NCBI GenBank assembly: GCA_025603075.1
Contig: MU626299.1
Location: 64,732 to 128,731, forward strand
Direction: 5' to 3'
From: Neoconidiobolus thromboides FSU 785
Lineage: Eukaryota > Fungi > Entomophthoromycota
DNA: 64,000 nt
Part shown: piece after piece, positions 13,041-24,280 of the stretch
Position numbering within the stretch: position 1 is the stretch's first letter
How the letters are laid out: every line of letters begins with the position of its first letter
Translations under genes and position numbers: made by a program
The notes under the pieces: generated by a model
The model's database searches: none
What the model was told of the DNA's origin: nothing
What the model saw: the letters and a program-made list of their open reading frames with translations, nothing else

Positions 13041-14528
13041 GAGTAGTTTTATAGTTTAATAAATAGTTTTATATGTTTAATTGATTTGTCTTAATTTTTG
13101 ATTAAAATAATGTGCTACTATTTTTAAAGAATCTTCTTATACAACACTACCCACTTTCAATAATTAACATAGTTAAAGTTATGATAAAGCTTTATAATAT
13201 ATTTATATTTTAATCTACTGAAATAAGTTAACATAAAAGCCTTTTAAAACAGTTATTAAAATCAAATTATGTACTACTTGATTAATACACAATGTAAACA
13301 TGTAATGAACTAATGTATATTAAGTAACTTAATAGTTTAAATAAAAAGTTAATTTACTATCTTATATAATAGTAACAACGGCTTTTAAGTATAGTTTGTT
13401 ATCATATTTTAAGGTTTTAGAACTATTACTTGTTTACATCAGAAAAAAGCGCAATCAGACATCCACCTCTATTCAATAGATGAAGGCCTTTAGGGCTAAC
13501 AATTAGAACTCAACAAAAATAGACCTACTAGGCCCCAATCATCATCGAGGATTAACAATATGCACGAGGCACTCAGTTTTAACTATAAATTGCTCTAGCT
13601 CGTTGATGATAGCAAAGCATTAGCTTAAACTAATGCAATAGCTCACCAGGACTTTCATCACGGCCAAGTAGCCCAGGACTGAGTTCAATAAAGAACAAAA
13701 ATATTAAGTTTATTATTCAGTTATTGTAAATATATTAATATGTTATATTATATTAGACAAAGCTACTTAAAATAGCTATAAATACCTTAGCCAAATAATT
13801 TTTTTAAATTAATTCTAATTCAATTACTAATATATTTCCTTAGTACTAGTATTTCTATATTTAGTTACTTTAATATATAAGAATGATTTTTTATTTGAGG
13901 GATTTATTAATGTTTTTCCGCTTAACAGCAATAAACCAAAGATGATATCCTCATGTGCTTATTGTTATTGTATCAAAGATAAGTATTTTTTGGCATCGCT
14001 TGTTTATATTGAAGATTTGATCTTTTTAAGATAAAAAGTAAAATGAGGAAGACATGAATTCAAATTAGATCAAGACTCAATGAAAAAGTTAGCTTTCTGA
14101 GTTTAACACTTAAATGCTAATATATTATTTTAGTAGGATTTAATGTGTAATTAGTTATGTTTCAGCTTTTCAGGTAAGAGTTTCCACCGTTTCTTAATTG
14201 TTGTTTATACCCAAGGATGGATTAGTTTTATAGTAAAGACTAAGAAAAACTTGGTAAATAATCTCAATAATATAGGATCCAAAGTTGAGAATTTTCAAAG
14301 TTGTCAAGTCAACGCAACAATAAAAGATTCAAATACTTGATATTAGGGAATATTAAATTCTAATTACAGTTTTAATTAATAATATCAATCTAATAAAATT
14401 ATTGTTATATAGCTAACTCCTTATTACCAAACTTCAATCTTTCCAAATATCACAGAAAACAAACTTAAATATTTAAAAAAATTTAGAATTAGTCTTTATT
14501 TATTAATTTAATATAATCAATCCTTTTT

Positions 14529-16028
14529 TTAAATCTTAGGTATAACCCATTTTAATAAATACCTAGGATCAACCATAGATAATGGATCTCCGACTATTGG
14601 AATTTTAACAGCTGGCATCTTCATTTTAGACATATCAATTCCCTTTTTCCCTTCCCCAGCAGTACCATGACCAATTTGGGTATCTGCTTTTTGATCTTGG
14701 GATTGTTTAGATTCATCGATATTATTGTAGGTTGGGTTTGCTGGGTATTTATTGTTATTTTGATTACTGCCCTCATAATTAGGATTGGTAGGGTATTTGT
14801 TTTGGTTATTGTTATTGTTTTTATTATTATTGTCATTTTGATTATTATTCCTACTATCAACCCCATAATCCGCTTTACATTTATAAATCCCATTAGAATT
14901 GGTATAAATTGGATAATCTTCAATTTTATCTGACATAGTAACAGCTGCCATTGGAGCATTATTTGGCATTGGCATATTAGAATGATCTTGTGTAACAGCT
15001 TTGTTGGGCATTGGCATATTAGAATGGTCTTGTGCAACAGCTTTGTTGGGCATTGGCATAGCAGAGTGATCTTCATCTCCATGACGGCGTTGCAATTTAG
15101 AATGTTTACATGGGGTTTTAATATCCATATTTGCCATATTTGAATGATCTTCAGTAGTTTGGGACTCGATTGGAGCACTGAAAGCAGCCATGTTAGGCAT
15201 CGAGGCACTGTTATCTCCCATGTTCTTTATTGCAGCATCACCAGACATCATATTACCATTCATTTCAGTGTTTTGACTCATGCTTGGAATATTGGGCATA
15301 TTTTCCATTGAAGCATCACCAGACATCATAGTACTTTCCATTGGGGCACTATCACTAGCCATATTTTCCATTCCTGGCATATCTGGCATATCTTCCATAG
15401 TATCCATATTTTGCATAAACGCTTCATTTGGCATATTAACATGATTTTCATCACCATGACGACGTTGTAATTTAGAGTGATCACATGGCTGTTTAATATT
15501 CATCTCAGACATATTAGAGTGGTCTTGATTAGATTGAGATCCCATTGGACTATTATTGTTCATAGTAGGCATCTCTTCCATATTAGTCATACTTTCCATA
15601 CCAGGCATTGATGAATGATCTTCTTCACCATGACGACGTTGTAATTTAGAGTGATCACATGGCTGTTTAATATTCATCTCAGACATATTAGAGTGGTCTT
15701 GATTAGATTGAGATCCCATTGGACTATTATTGTTCATAGTAGGCATCTCTTCCATATTAGTCATACTTTCCATACCAGGCATTGATGAATGACCTTCTTC
15801 TCCATGACGACGTTGTAATTTAGAATGATCACATGGTTGATTAGTAGCCATATTAGACATCATTGAATGTCCAGCATCACTATTTGATTCCATTGGATTA
15901 TTATTATTCATATTCGACATAGTAGAATGATTTTCATTTCCATGGCGACGATATAAACTCAATGGTGAAGAGCTGGCTTCAGTTATGAGTAAGTATAATG
16001 ATATTAATTTTAAACCAGTTAAATTCAT
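14529..16028 (-). CDS. Secreted Kex2-repeat polyprotein with His/Met-rich units; (L/I)PxxG family
   Basis: Signal peptide, five RRHG(N/E/D)E(N/G/D)H unit starts (four preceded by PC(D/K)HSKLQ), Met-rich bodies, YPIYTNSNGIYKCKADY motif, Asn-rich segment and C-terminal KIPIVGDPLSM. Confidence 0.9.
   Translation of the reverse strand: MNLTGLKLISLYLLITEASSSPLSLYRRHGNENHSTMSNMNNNNPMESNSDAGHSMMSNMATNQPCDHSKLQRRHGEEGHSSMPGMESMTNMEEMPTMNNNSPMGSQSNQDHSNMSEMNIKQPCDHSKLQRRHGEEDHSSMPGMESMTNMEEMPTMNNNSPMGSQSNQDHSNMSEMNIKQPCDHSKLQRRHGDENHVNMPNEAFMQNMDTMEDMPDMPGMENMASDSAPMESTMMSGDASMENMPNIPSMSQNTEMNGNMMSGDAAIKNMGDNSASMPNMAAFSAPIESQTTEDHSNMANMDIKTPCKHSKLQRRHGDEDHSAMPMPNKAVAQDHSNMPMPNKAVTQDHSNMPMPNNAPMAAVTMSDKIEDYPIYTNSNGIYKCKADYGVDSRNNNQNDNNNKNNNNNQNKYPTNPNYEGSNQNNNKYPANPTYNNIDESKQSQDQKADTQIGHGTAGEGKKGIDMSKMKMPAVKIPIVGDPLSMVDPRYLLKWVIPKI
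15455..15829 (-). repeat. 174-bp (58-codon) near-identical tandem duplication inside the polyprotein gene
   Basis: The motif tc(a/t)ccatgacgacgttgtaatttag recurs at 15451, 15625 and 15799, exactly 174 bp apart. Confidence 0.9.
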
Positions 16029-16508
16029 TAGTTTTATTTTTTATAATTTTTTATTAATATTATAGAGTTGCCATGGGCTGTTATATACCCTTTTGAATTA
16101 GCTTGAGTTATTTATTATGTATATTTTTAATCATTGTTATTAATGTCATTATCCTTTCCTTCATTTATTACTGGATTATTTTATAGCGGGTTGACAATTA
16201 ATAGTCCAATTTCAATACCTTTGGTAATTTGATATAAAATATTACAAATTTATATTTTATAATAAAACTATTTTTGGATCAAATTTATTAGAATTGAGGA
16301 AAGATATTCTAGCAATTACAAGTGTTAAAATCATGCTAATAAATTAATCTAGAAATCTTTCTAAAAACCAATGTCGGGTTTAAAGTTCGTATTGTTAATA
16401 TTATAAATAAAATAAATTGTAATAAAATAGCAAAATTATTAATCATCCTCAGTTTTTATTTTTATTTATAACTATATTGATGAATTGTTTAAAAAACAAG
16501 TACCATAT

Positions 16509-16607
16509 GGGGCTGTTTTTTTTGGGTTCATTACTTTTTCTACTTTTTAAGCACTATTTGAGTGGAAAAATTGCTAATAAAATTCTTAAATACAAAAATA
16601 CATCCCC
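16509..16607 (+). mobile_element. ~98-bp MITE copy
   Basis: GGGG...CCCC ends with ATAT/ATAT TSD. Confidence 0.85.
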
Positions 16608-16876
16608 ATATCTTGAAATTCTTGAAAGAAAAATTCCTAAGTGGTTGATTAGTTGAAAAGAATTCCCAATAATTAATGGGAAGCGGAAACAACTTAAGGC
16701 CTTAGCCCTTTACTTTCTTAATTATCCATGAATGTTTCAATGGCGGCCCAGCCGAAGCATCATATCATATGATCTTTCCTTCAACAAAAATAATATTATT
16801 AAACATAAAATAAACATATTAATAAGCTTTGTAACTCAAAGCTCATTTATCACCTTAAAACAGATATTCTACCAAT

Positions 16877-18947
16877 TTACATGAAATCAGGCTTCAATTG
16901 ATTCATCATAATAGGTTCATGATATTCACTTCTCAATAATTTTTGAATAATAATTAAGGAATCCTCTTTCACTCTGGACCTCTTATTTTTTAAATATTCC
17001 TTCTGTTTTTCCTCCATAAAACTTGAAGGAGCAGGCAGCTGAAAGCTTGGAAATAACGGAAAAGAATTCGATTTATCGTTACCCATCGCTTTAACGCCAT
17101 AGTGTAAATTGAAATTATTTAGTTTTTCATACTCTTTTTGTAACTCTTTGTTGGTGGGATCAATACTAGCTAATTGTCGATAATCCTTTTTACTTTGTTC
17201 ATGTAAGGTGTTAGGGTCTAATTCTCTAACATCTACTTCAATTTTCTTTCTTTTCTTATTTATCGCTGGTCTATTTACAATATTATTAATATATCCCTCC
17301 GTCTTTTTAGAATCTCCAAATCCACTGTTCATTTCCAAACAAATTTTTGAAATCTCTAGTAGTGCTCTCGATCTTCCTAATAATCCTTCAAAGTTCAACG
17401 GGCTAATTTCTAAGCATTTACTAAAATTTTCCGTTGCACATTCAAACTCTTTTAAAACCATTTGGCATTTTCCTAATTTTAAATAAAGTAATTCTAACAT
17501 ATTCAAGTACTCTTTTTTACACCCTATTTTTTCAATTTCGATTAAAGCCTTGATAAACCTACTCCTTGCAATTGTTGAGCTCTTTATCGATTCCCCAAAT
17601 ACAAATAAACCCATTTCAAAATGGACTATTGGATTATCATATTCAGGATGCTTTTTTACTCTTTTGTTAAGTAAATTATAATAAAGTATACCCTCCTCTG
17701 TGTTTTTAGTTATTCTATAATATTTAATTAATAATACATATGCCATAATAGTTTCTTTTTCTAATGTTACTATATTTATTAATAATCTTAATACTCTTTC
17801 ATAGCTTTGTAGCTCCATCATAATGTCACTAATAATCAACGATCCCATTATGTAATTTGGATATTTGTCTATTATCATTTCAAAATAATCATAACATTTA
17901 TCACACCTTTCATTAAATTTAAAAATAATTCCATTAACTAATAAATATTGAGCTGAATTTTCATCTGTATCATGTATTAATTGTCGAATCCTGATCAATC
18001 CTTCTATATCCTTTAAATAATATAGACAATAAATAAATTCATCCAAGCTTTCTATGTTAGGTGTATATCTATTAATATATACTTCATATATATCTTGACA
18101 TTTTTTAAAATCTCCTTTTTTAAACGCTATTTTACCTATAGTTAATATTAGATTATTGTCATATTCCCCATTGTTGATATCAAACTCCAAATACTCTTTC
18201 TCCTCCATTTCATTTAAAAAATAAATCAAATACTCTTTCCTCCTCTCTAAAAATTTTTGCTCATCATCTTCCATACTTTGATGCCAATTATTTAAAGTGA
18301 TTAATTCCCTTATCGAAGTTCTATCCAATAACTTATATTTCATTAAATAAGTTAATGGCTCTCGATTAAAATAGTTCATTTGGAATCCTTTAGTTAAATT
18401 ATTTTTACCCCTGAAGAGCGCCCTTTTAGAAATAAATGCCAGACCACGTAATACATACAATTGACTTATATTCTGTCTCTCCTCTATTCCATAATCATTA
18501 TTATTGTTTATACTTTCCAAAAACTTTCCACTCCCAATCACTTTATCATATTGTTTTAATCCAAGATAACATTTCCATTCTAGAATTAAATCCTCAATTT
18601 CATACTCTTTCATACTTTCTAAACACTCTTCATACTTATCTAACTTATAATAGATATCACATACAAATAATCGGTCGTTAAAATTACAATGTTCTAAAGT
18701 TATTATATGAGTTGCCGTGGCTAATGCTGAAGTGTAATCAGCTTTTTTCATTTTTATAACCCTTTTGAGTCGTAATCTATCCATATGATTTAGTTGATTT
18801 ATACTTGTTGTTAACGAATGAATATCATTATCATCATAATTGTCATTGAGCTCTGGATAGACGTTTTGATCATATTGTTGTTCGGACACTATGGGTTAAG
18901 GTTAGATAAATGCACTGATTATAATGGGTTTTATGTTGGGACTTACT
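16877..18947 (-). CDS. TPR protein, divergent APC/C subunit Cdc16/APC6-like; start codon apparently split by an intron
   Basis: TPR-like helices. YVLRGLAF..FQMNYFNREPLTYLMKYKLL and NPIVHFEMGLFVF resemble Cdc16/Cut9 segments (recalled, not searched). The track's GTG start at 18889 is the last base of a GTAAGT..CTAAC..TAG intron (18946-18889); A18947 plus TG gives ATG. Confidence 0.6.
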
Positions 18948-19728
18948 TTTCCAAAATTGGAATTTGAGCAGTAAAGAATAATAATAAAAAGTACAAAAAC
19001 AAAGTGTAAAAAAATTAACTCATAACTAAGTGTGAAATAATAGTACATTTAGATCTAACCCCCTAAGTACAATTTTTATTTAAAAAATAAGGGTCACCAC
19101 CAATTGAGTTTATAAATAATGTGTTTAAATACTTAATTGGGTGCTACTATTTTTATAAATTATGAATTCTAATTAAAAAAGTCAATGTGCTCATTATTTG
19201 GCACTTGGTTCATGAAAGTTTAAATTGAGTTAAAATTAAAAGGGATTTCGATCTATTATTAAAAATTGAATTAGTTAATAAAGTTAAGAGAAATGAGTTT
19301 TAAAAGTAAATAAAGGGACGCATTTTTAACAAATCCATCTTTCTTTAACTTGTAAAAATACTCTGGACCCCTTCAAGTTTATTTACTTAAGTGTCCCTCT
19401 CTAAAGAATTTATAAAAATTACTGGAATTTAAAAACAATACTAAAGGATTTAAAAATTTTACTTTAAATATTAAATAAAGTTTGATATTTGGATCTATTA
19501 AACTATATTCAATTTCACCTCTGAAAGAGAATAGCTTGAACCACAATAAACATCTAGATAGTATACTTCACACATAATTTAACCAAAATCATAATATTAG
19601 AATCAATACATTATGTTTTGTTTTTATTAAAAACTAAAATTTTATTCCATCTTCTCATAAAATTATATGCACTCTAAATTTATTATTATCCTCGCTTATC
19701 ATAAGAAATTTCTATATCCAGCTCCAAT

Positions 19729-20145
19729 TTACTCTAAGCTACCCTTCTTTTCAGAATCTTGTTCAATTTTCTCCACAATTCTACCTGCAATACCTTCCTC
19801 TTCTCTGTCTTGAACAATCTCATCCCCAGGTTGCATTTTAGCCAAAGCAACTTTAATGCTTCGACCCTTAATGTAAGCCCCGTTTAATTCCTCTAACACT
19901 TTATCGGCTACACTACTTTCATAGTTAACAAAAGCAATACCTTTGAATCGACCTAATGGATCTGTTGGATAACTTAAGCGATAAATGGTACCATATTTAC
20001 TGACTAAATCTTCTAACTCTTCACGTTGTAAATTAAAGGGTATGTTACCAAGATATAACGCTTTTTGTTGTAAGCTACGGAAGCTGGTGTACAATGGTGT
20101 TTGAAAGCTGGACTTCAATAATGGTAATTTAGTGAATAAACTCAT
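19729..20145 (-). CDS. Single-RRM RNA-binding protein with a probable mitochondrial presequence
   Basis: RNP2 LYLGNI and RNP1 KGIAFVNY. The first ~28 residues are Ser/Leu/Lys/Arg-rich with no acidic residues. Confidence 0.85.
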   Translation of the reverse strand: MSLFTKLPLLKSSFQTPLYTSFRSLQQKALYLGNIPFNLQREELEDLVSKYGTIYRLSYPTDPLGRFKGIAFVNYESSVADKVLEELNGAYIKGRSIKVALAKMQPGDEIVQDREEEGIAGRIVEKIEQDSEKKGSLE

Positions 20146-20479
20146 TGAAATTTTATTTTTGAATATTATAGTAAATAAACTTGGAACTTAATCTATTTGA
20201 ATTATCAGTTTACAAGTGATTGGATTGAATTTTATGGGATAATTGAACTTTACATAGTTTCTTTTTGATTGGATTTTTTTTTAAAAATTAAGCAAATTAA
20301 GAATAATCTGAATGAAGATCTAAGAGTGAAATCCAGAAATCTTTGGGCAAATCTTGAATTTAGTTAAAACTGGATTCATTGGATAATCAAGTAATAACTA
20401 CTAAATATTATCTCATACAATATTTGATATGACAATTTAGGTATTCAGCGATTTAAGTTGGGATCTAATAAATTTATAT

Positions 20480-20578
20480 GGTGATGTATTTTTTGGTTTC
20501 ATTGCTTTTTCCATTTTCAAAGTGCTATTTGAGTGAAAAAATTGCTAGTAAAATCCTTAAACAAAAAAATGCACCTCC
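20480..20578 (+). mobile_element. ~98-bp MITE copy, diverged
   Basis: Consensus match. Confidence 0.7.
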
Positions 20579-20949
20579 ATACACAAATGAAATTATATAA
20601 TAAGCCATGGTAATCAACCAATATGTTAATATTAAGCATCGATTTCAAAGTGAATTGGTAATATGTTTTAAAGAAAGCAGAAGCAGCAGAGTAATTTAGT
20701 ATTTTAATAAGATTACTTAAAGAATATACTTGATCACAAAACAGATAATTGAACAGAATTTAATCAATAAAAAAATCCAAAGTATTTGTATTAATTCTTG
20801 TAGTACTAGAGTCATAAAAAAGGTCAAGAAATTAAAAAAGAGAAGTGAAAGCGATAAAGTCAAAGGGAAAAAAGTAAGCTTTATAAAAGCAAGTTGATTA
20901 AATCAGACTTTTTAAATATCCGGTTCAATATACTAAATTTGAGAATCTT

Positions 20950-21135
20950 TTTGATTTCATCACTTTTTCCATTTTTTAAGCACTATTTTAATGCAAAGAT
21001 TGTTGATAAAATTGTTAAGCAAAAAAAAATTCCATTTGGGAGTGTTTTTTTAACTTCATTATTTTTTCCATTTTTTAAGCGCTATTTAAGCGGAAAATTT
21101 GTTAGTAAAATTCTTAAACACAAAAATACATCCCC
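20950..21135 (+). mobile_element. Tandem MITE pair (degenerate copy to ~21033, full copy 21038-21135)
   Basis: Two consensus matches. The second has an ATTT/ATTT TSD. Confidence 0.75.
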
Positions 21136-21387
21136 ATTTATTGTTTATTTAAATTATTATTACTTTTTTTAGGCAACAATAAATTAATTAAGTTTTAAAC
21201 TGTAATTTTTTATAAAATATGGAGCAGCTTAATTAAAAGCATGCAAAACATTGTTAAGTCCTGCTGGAAAACCCTGTAAATAAATGATAAAATCCACCTT
21301 ATCTTACTAATCTTAACATAAATATTTAAAAAAATTCTTCAATACAGCATTGATTTTTTTATTAAACTTGAAAAACTATTAAACAGC

Positions 21388-23109
21388 TTAATGCCCATAA
21401 ACTGGTAAAACATACGTTGGTTGATTATCAGGCTTAGTATGATGCTTAGTATGGTGTTTTTTATGCTTACGCTTGGATGATGCGGATATGACTTGATCAC
21501 AATCTTGAGTGCCTGTTGGGGAATTAGAGTCATAATTTGAAGCAGAAGTTGGAGAAGTATCATAATCTGAAGTGGAAGTAGGATAACTATTATCATTCTC
21601 TGGAAGACTGATATTGGGATTATAATTAGGATGAGCAAAGGGGAGGGGCTTAAGAATGGGAAGATTGATGATTGGTAATTTGATATTTAAATGAGAAGAA
21701 AGATCTGGACGTTTAGCTAAACAGACTGGAGATTTAAATCCAATTTGATTATAAGCGGAAATAACTTGAGCCAATTTAGATTCTTGTTCACGTACTAAAG
21801 TTAATGGGTAATTGTTCATTCTAGCCCAACTTTCAGGCAATGGTTTAGGTAACCTTAATTTATATGGATCTTGACGATCATTATAAGTTGGTCCTGTGAT
21901 AGGGATGTTGTTATAAATTGGAACACCAACTCCGATTGTAATGTTAATATTGAGCTGATTGTATTTGATTGGTAAGTAGCTTGGAATAGGAATATAAGAA
22001 CTATAAGTGGGATAAGATCCATGGCTACTAGTGCTCGATGATGGAGTAGATGAGGCTGATCCGGAAGATGAAGAAGTAGAGGTATTTGATCCAGAAGTAG
22101 TAGAGGAGCTGCCGCTTGAGCTTGAAGACGATGCGACACTTGAATTTGAGGAAGGTAAAGTAGAAGTAGGAGTGGCACTTGAACTTGAAGAGGAAGAAGT
22201 GGGATTAGGCATTGTATTGTTAACTTGAGGTGGTTTAGTAATATCAACGCCATCTTGGGTATAAGTATAACAGAGGGAGTTAATATTCAAGCCCGCAGAA
22301 GAAGGAACATTAAAAGGTGCTTGTATGTCATTAAGACCTACATCACGGTTATTTTGATTTTTGCCGCTAATAGTATTAGCTAAACTTGGGTTTGCCTGCT
22401 GCCAATCATGGTATATTTTATCAATAAAAGCATGATGGAGCCAAAATAATGGATCGTTAGTGCTAGCCATTGTTTGCATATCACCACCAACTCCATTATG
22501 AACTGAACCGTGTGGTGCGTATTCAATTTGTTGCCTCAATTGATCATAAGTTTTTGAGTTTGTAATAAGCGATTGGATAGCTTCTGGGGAGTAAAAGGCA
22601 GATATTGTTCCATCACCTCCGTTAAACTTACGAGCTAAGCAATGTGGGCTGGCGTTGATATTATAGTCATAATAACATTGCCAGTTAGCAAATTGGCCTT
22701 TAGTAACACAGTTATTTTGGCCAGTGCCTTCACCACCAAAGTAGTTATCTGAAAGGACACCACTTAACTCTGGAGCTTGGGAATCATATGACCAGTTCCA
22801 ATAAGGTAAGGCTACATTTGGATTTACAGCTTGTAATGCTTTCTCAAACTCACGTAAGAACAAGCGATGCCATACTAAAAAGTTAGCAGTACCATGGTTA
22901 TTTGGAGCATAAGTTAAATGAGTTTTAACAAAACTGGCATATTTGCTGGGCTGATTACCAGAATTTAATGTTCTCACAGCTTGAAAAAATGCTTGGATTT
23001 CAGCACTACTTAGCTGTCTTATTTCTTTTCTTTGGTAAACAGTATTACATTGACCATCAATTGAAGCTGAAAGATAAAGGAATGCGCAGAGGATAGATTT
23101 CAAACCCAT
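21388..23109 (-). CDS. Secreted tyrosinase (type-3 di-copper) with Ser/Thr-rich linker and C-terminal domain
   Basis: Signal peptide, CuA region (HLTYAPNNHGTANFLVWHRLFL), CuB region (PHGSVHNGVGGDM...NDPLFWLHHAFIDK) and LPYWNW motif. Confidence 0.95.
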   Translation of the reverse strand: MGLKSILCAFLYLSASIDGQCNTVYQRKEIRQLSSAEIQAFFQAVRTLNSGNQPSKYASFVKTHLTYAPNNHGTANFLVWHRLFLREFEKALQAVNPNVALPYWNWSYDSQAPELSGVLSDNYFGGEGTGQNNCVTKGQFANWQCYYDYNINASPHCLARKFNGGDGTISAFYSPEAIQSLITNSKTYDQLRQQIEYAPHGSVHNGVGGDMQTMASTNDPLFWLHHAFIDKIYHDWQQANPSLANTISGKNQNNRDVGLNDIQAPFNVPSSAGLNINSLCYTYTQDGVDITKPPQVNNTMPNPTSSSSSSSATPTSTLPSSNSSVASSSSSSGSSSTTSGSNTSTSSSSGSASSTPSSSTSSHGSYPTYSSYIPIPSYLPIKYNQLNINITIGVGVPIYNNIPITGPTYNDRQDPYKLRLPKPLPESWARMNNYPLTLVREQESKLAQVISAYNQIGFKSPVCLAKRPDLSSHLNIKLPIINLPILKPLPFAHPNYNPNISLPENDNSYPTSTSDYDTSPTSASNYDSNSPTGTQDCDQVISASSKRKHKKHHTKHHTKPDNQPTYVLPVYGH

Positions 23110-24204
23110 TTTTAATTAGTTTAGTTAATATGGGAAAGTAGTGAATTAAATAAAATTAGGTAGAATAAAAAGAATTAAGTAAACTAAATCAAAGTAGTCA
23201 TTAAAACTGTTTGCCTTTCTTATTTATATACAATGGCCTTACTTGTTTTCTATGGATCCTTTGAAACATATTCATTTTCCCCCACGAAATATAGAATTTT
23301 GATCTATTTGATATCTCTTAATATAATATTATTAAAATTTCATAAAATTATTTGAGAATGCGCTATTAATTGATTGGTTGATGTTTAAACTTTGACTACA
23401 AATGATAGTTAAATATGGTTGTAAAATTAATTGGCCAAGATATAGTGGAGAAAACTTTTTGTTTATTACTCCCGACTAACCGAAAATGGCCAAAAAGCTA
23501 TTAACAGTTTACTTTCATTTTATTTCTACTGTTATATCGTTATGCCCTTAAACCGATAATACATTATTAAAAATAAGGTTTTTTACTTCCTTGACTAAAT
23601 GCTATTTATCTTCTCCTTTTATATTGCAAGCCAATTTTAATTAATTATTAAAAAGTGCCATTTCTATTTTTTAAAATTTTTAATACTTGATAATCTCTTT
23701 CTATTCTAAATTATTAAAATCATAAAGCTATAGCATATGATTTATTTATCTTTAAAACTATTATGTGTATTAATAGCTGTTCTTGATAGCTTGATAGATC
23801 ACTTTATATCCTATCAATATTCTATCAAGCTTAAAACTATAAATCAATCTAAGTACAGTTAAAACTTTAACACATTTTTGAAAAATCCCCTAATAGTTCT
23901 TTATTAAAAGCTGGAGGCTTTTATGAATTTAGTTTATTTTTTAATTTGTTTATTATGTTTTAAAGATATTTTTTGTTAAACTGTAGTCATAATTGAACTG
24001 TTAAAAAGCTAACTGAAAAAAAATACAAAAAGCAATAAAGCTAAAACTTATGCATAGTTTACCATGTATAAATAGTTATAATGCCAGGTTTGTATTAAGG
24101 TTGTTTAAATGATAAGAATTATTTTTTACCAAACAAAATTGTGATTGACTTTTTACTTTAGTGTAATTTATTTATAATTTTAGATCTTAACGGCTGATTT
24201 AAGC

Positions 24205-24276
24205 GGTTGCGTAGTGTAATGGCTAGCACCCAAGATTCTGATTCTTGTAATCCGAGTTCGAGCCTCGGCGTGACCT
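24205..24276 (+). tRNA. tRNA-Gln: tRNA-Gln (anticodon CTG)
   Basis: 72-nt cloverleaf: acceptor stem GGTTGCG/CGTGACC, anticodon stem CAAGA/TCTTG with loop TTCTGAT, T-loop GTTCGAG. No intron. Confidence 0.95.
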
Positions 24277-24280
24277 TTTT
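24276..24280 (+). terminator. RNA polymerase III terminator (T5 run)
   Basis: TTTTT at the tRNA 3' end. Confidence 0.7.

Noticed and set aside
14621-15208. Overlapping and antisense ORFs 14621-15208 and 14667-14933
   Set aside because: They are shadow frames of the low-complexity Asn/Met-rich polyprotein gene and have no independent motifs.
16670-16790. Short GC-richer island that might be a snoRNA or exon
   Set aside because: I found no convincing C/D or H/ACA box pair, stem or splice frame.
21339-22253. ORFs 21339-21638, 21855-22253 and 22031-22228
   Set aside because: They are shadow frames of the tyrosinase Ser-rich linker and tail.
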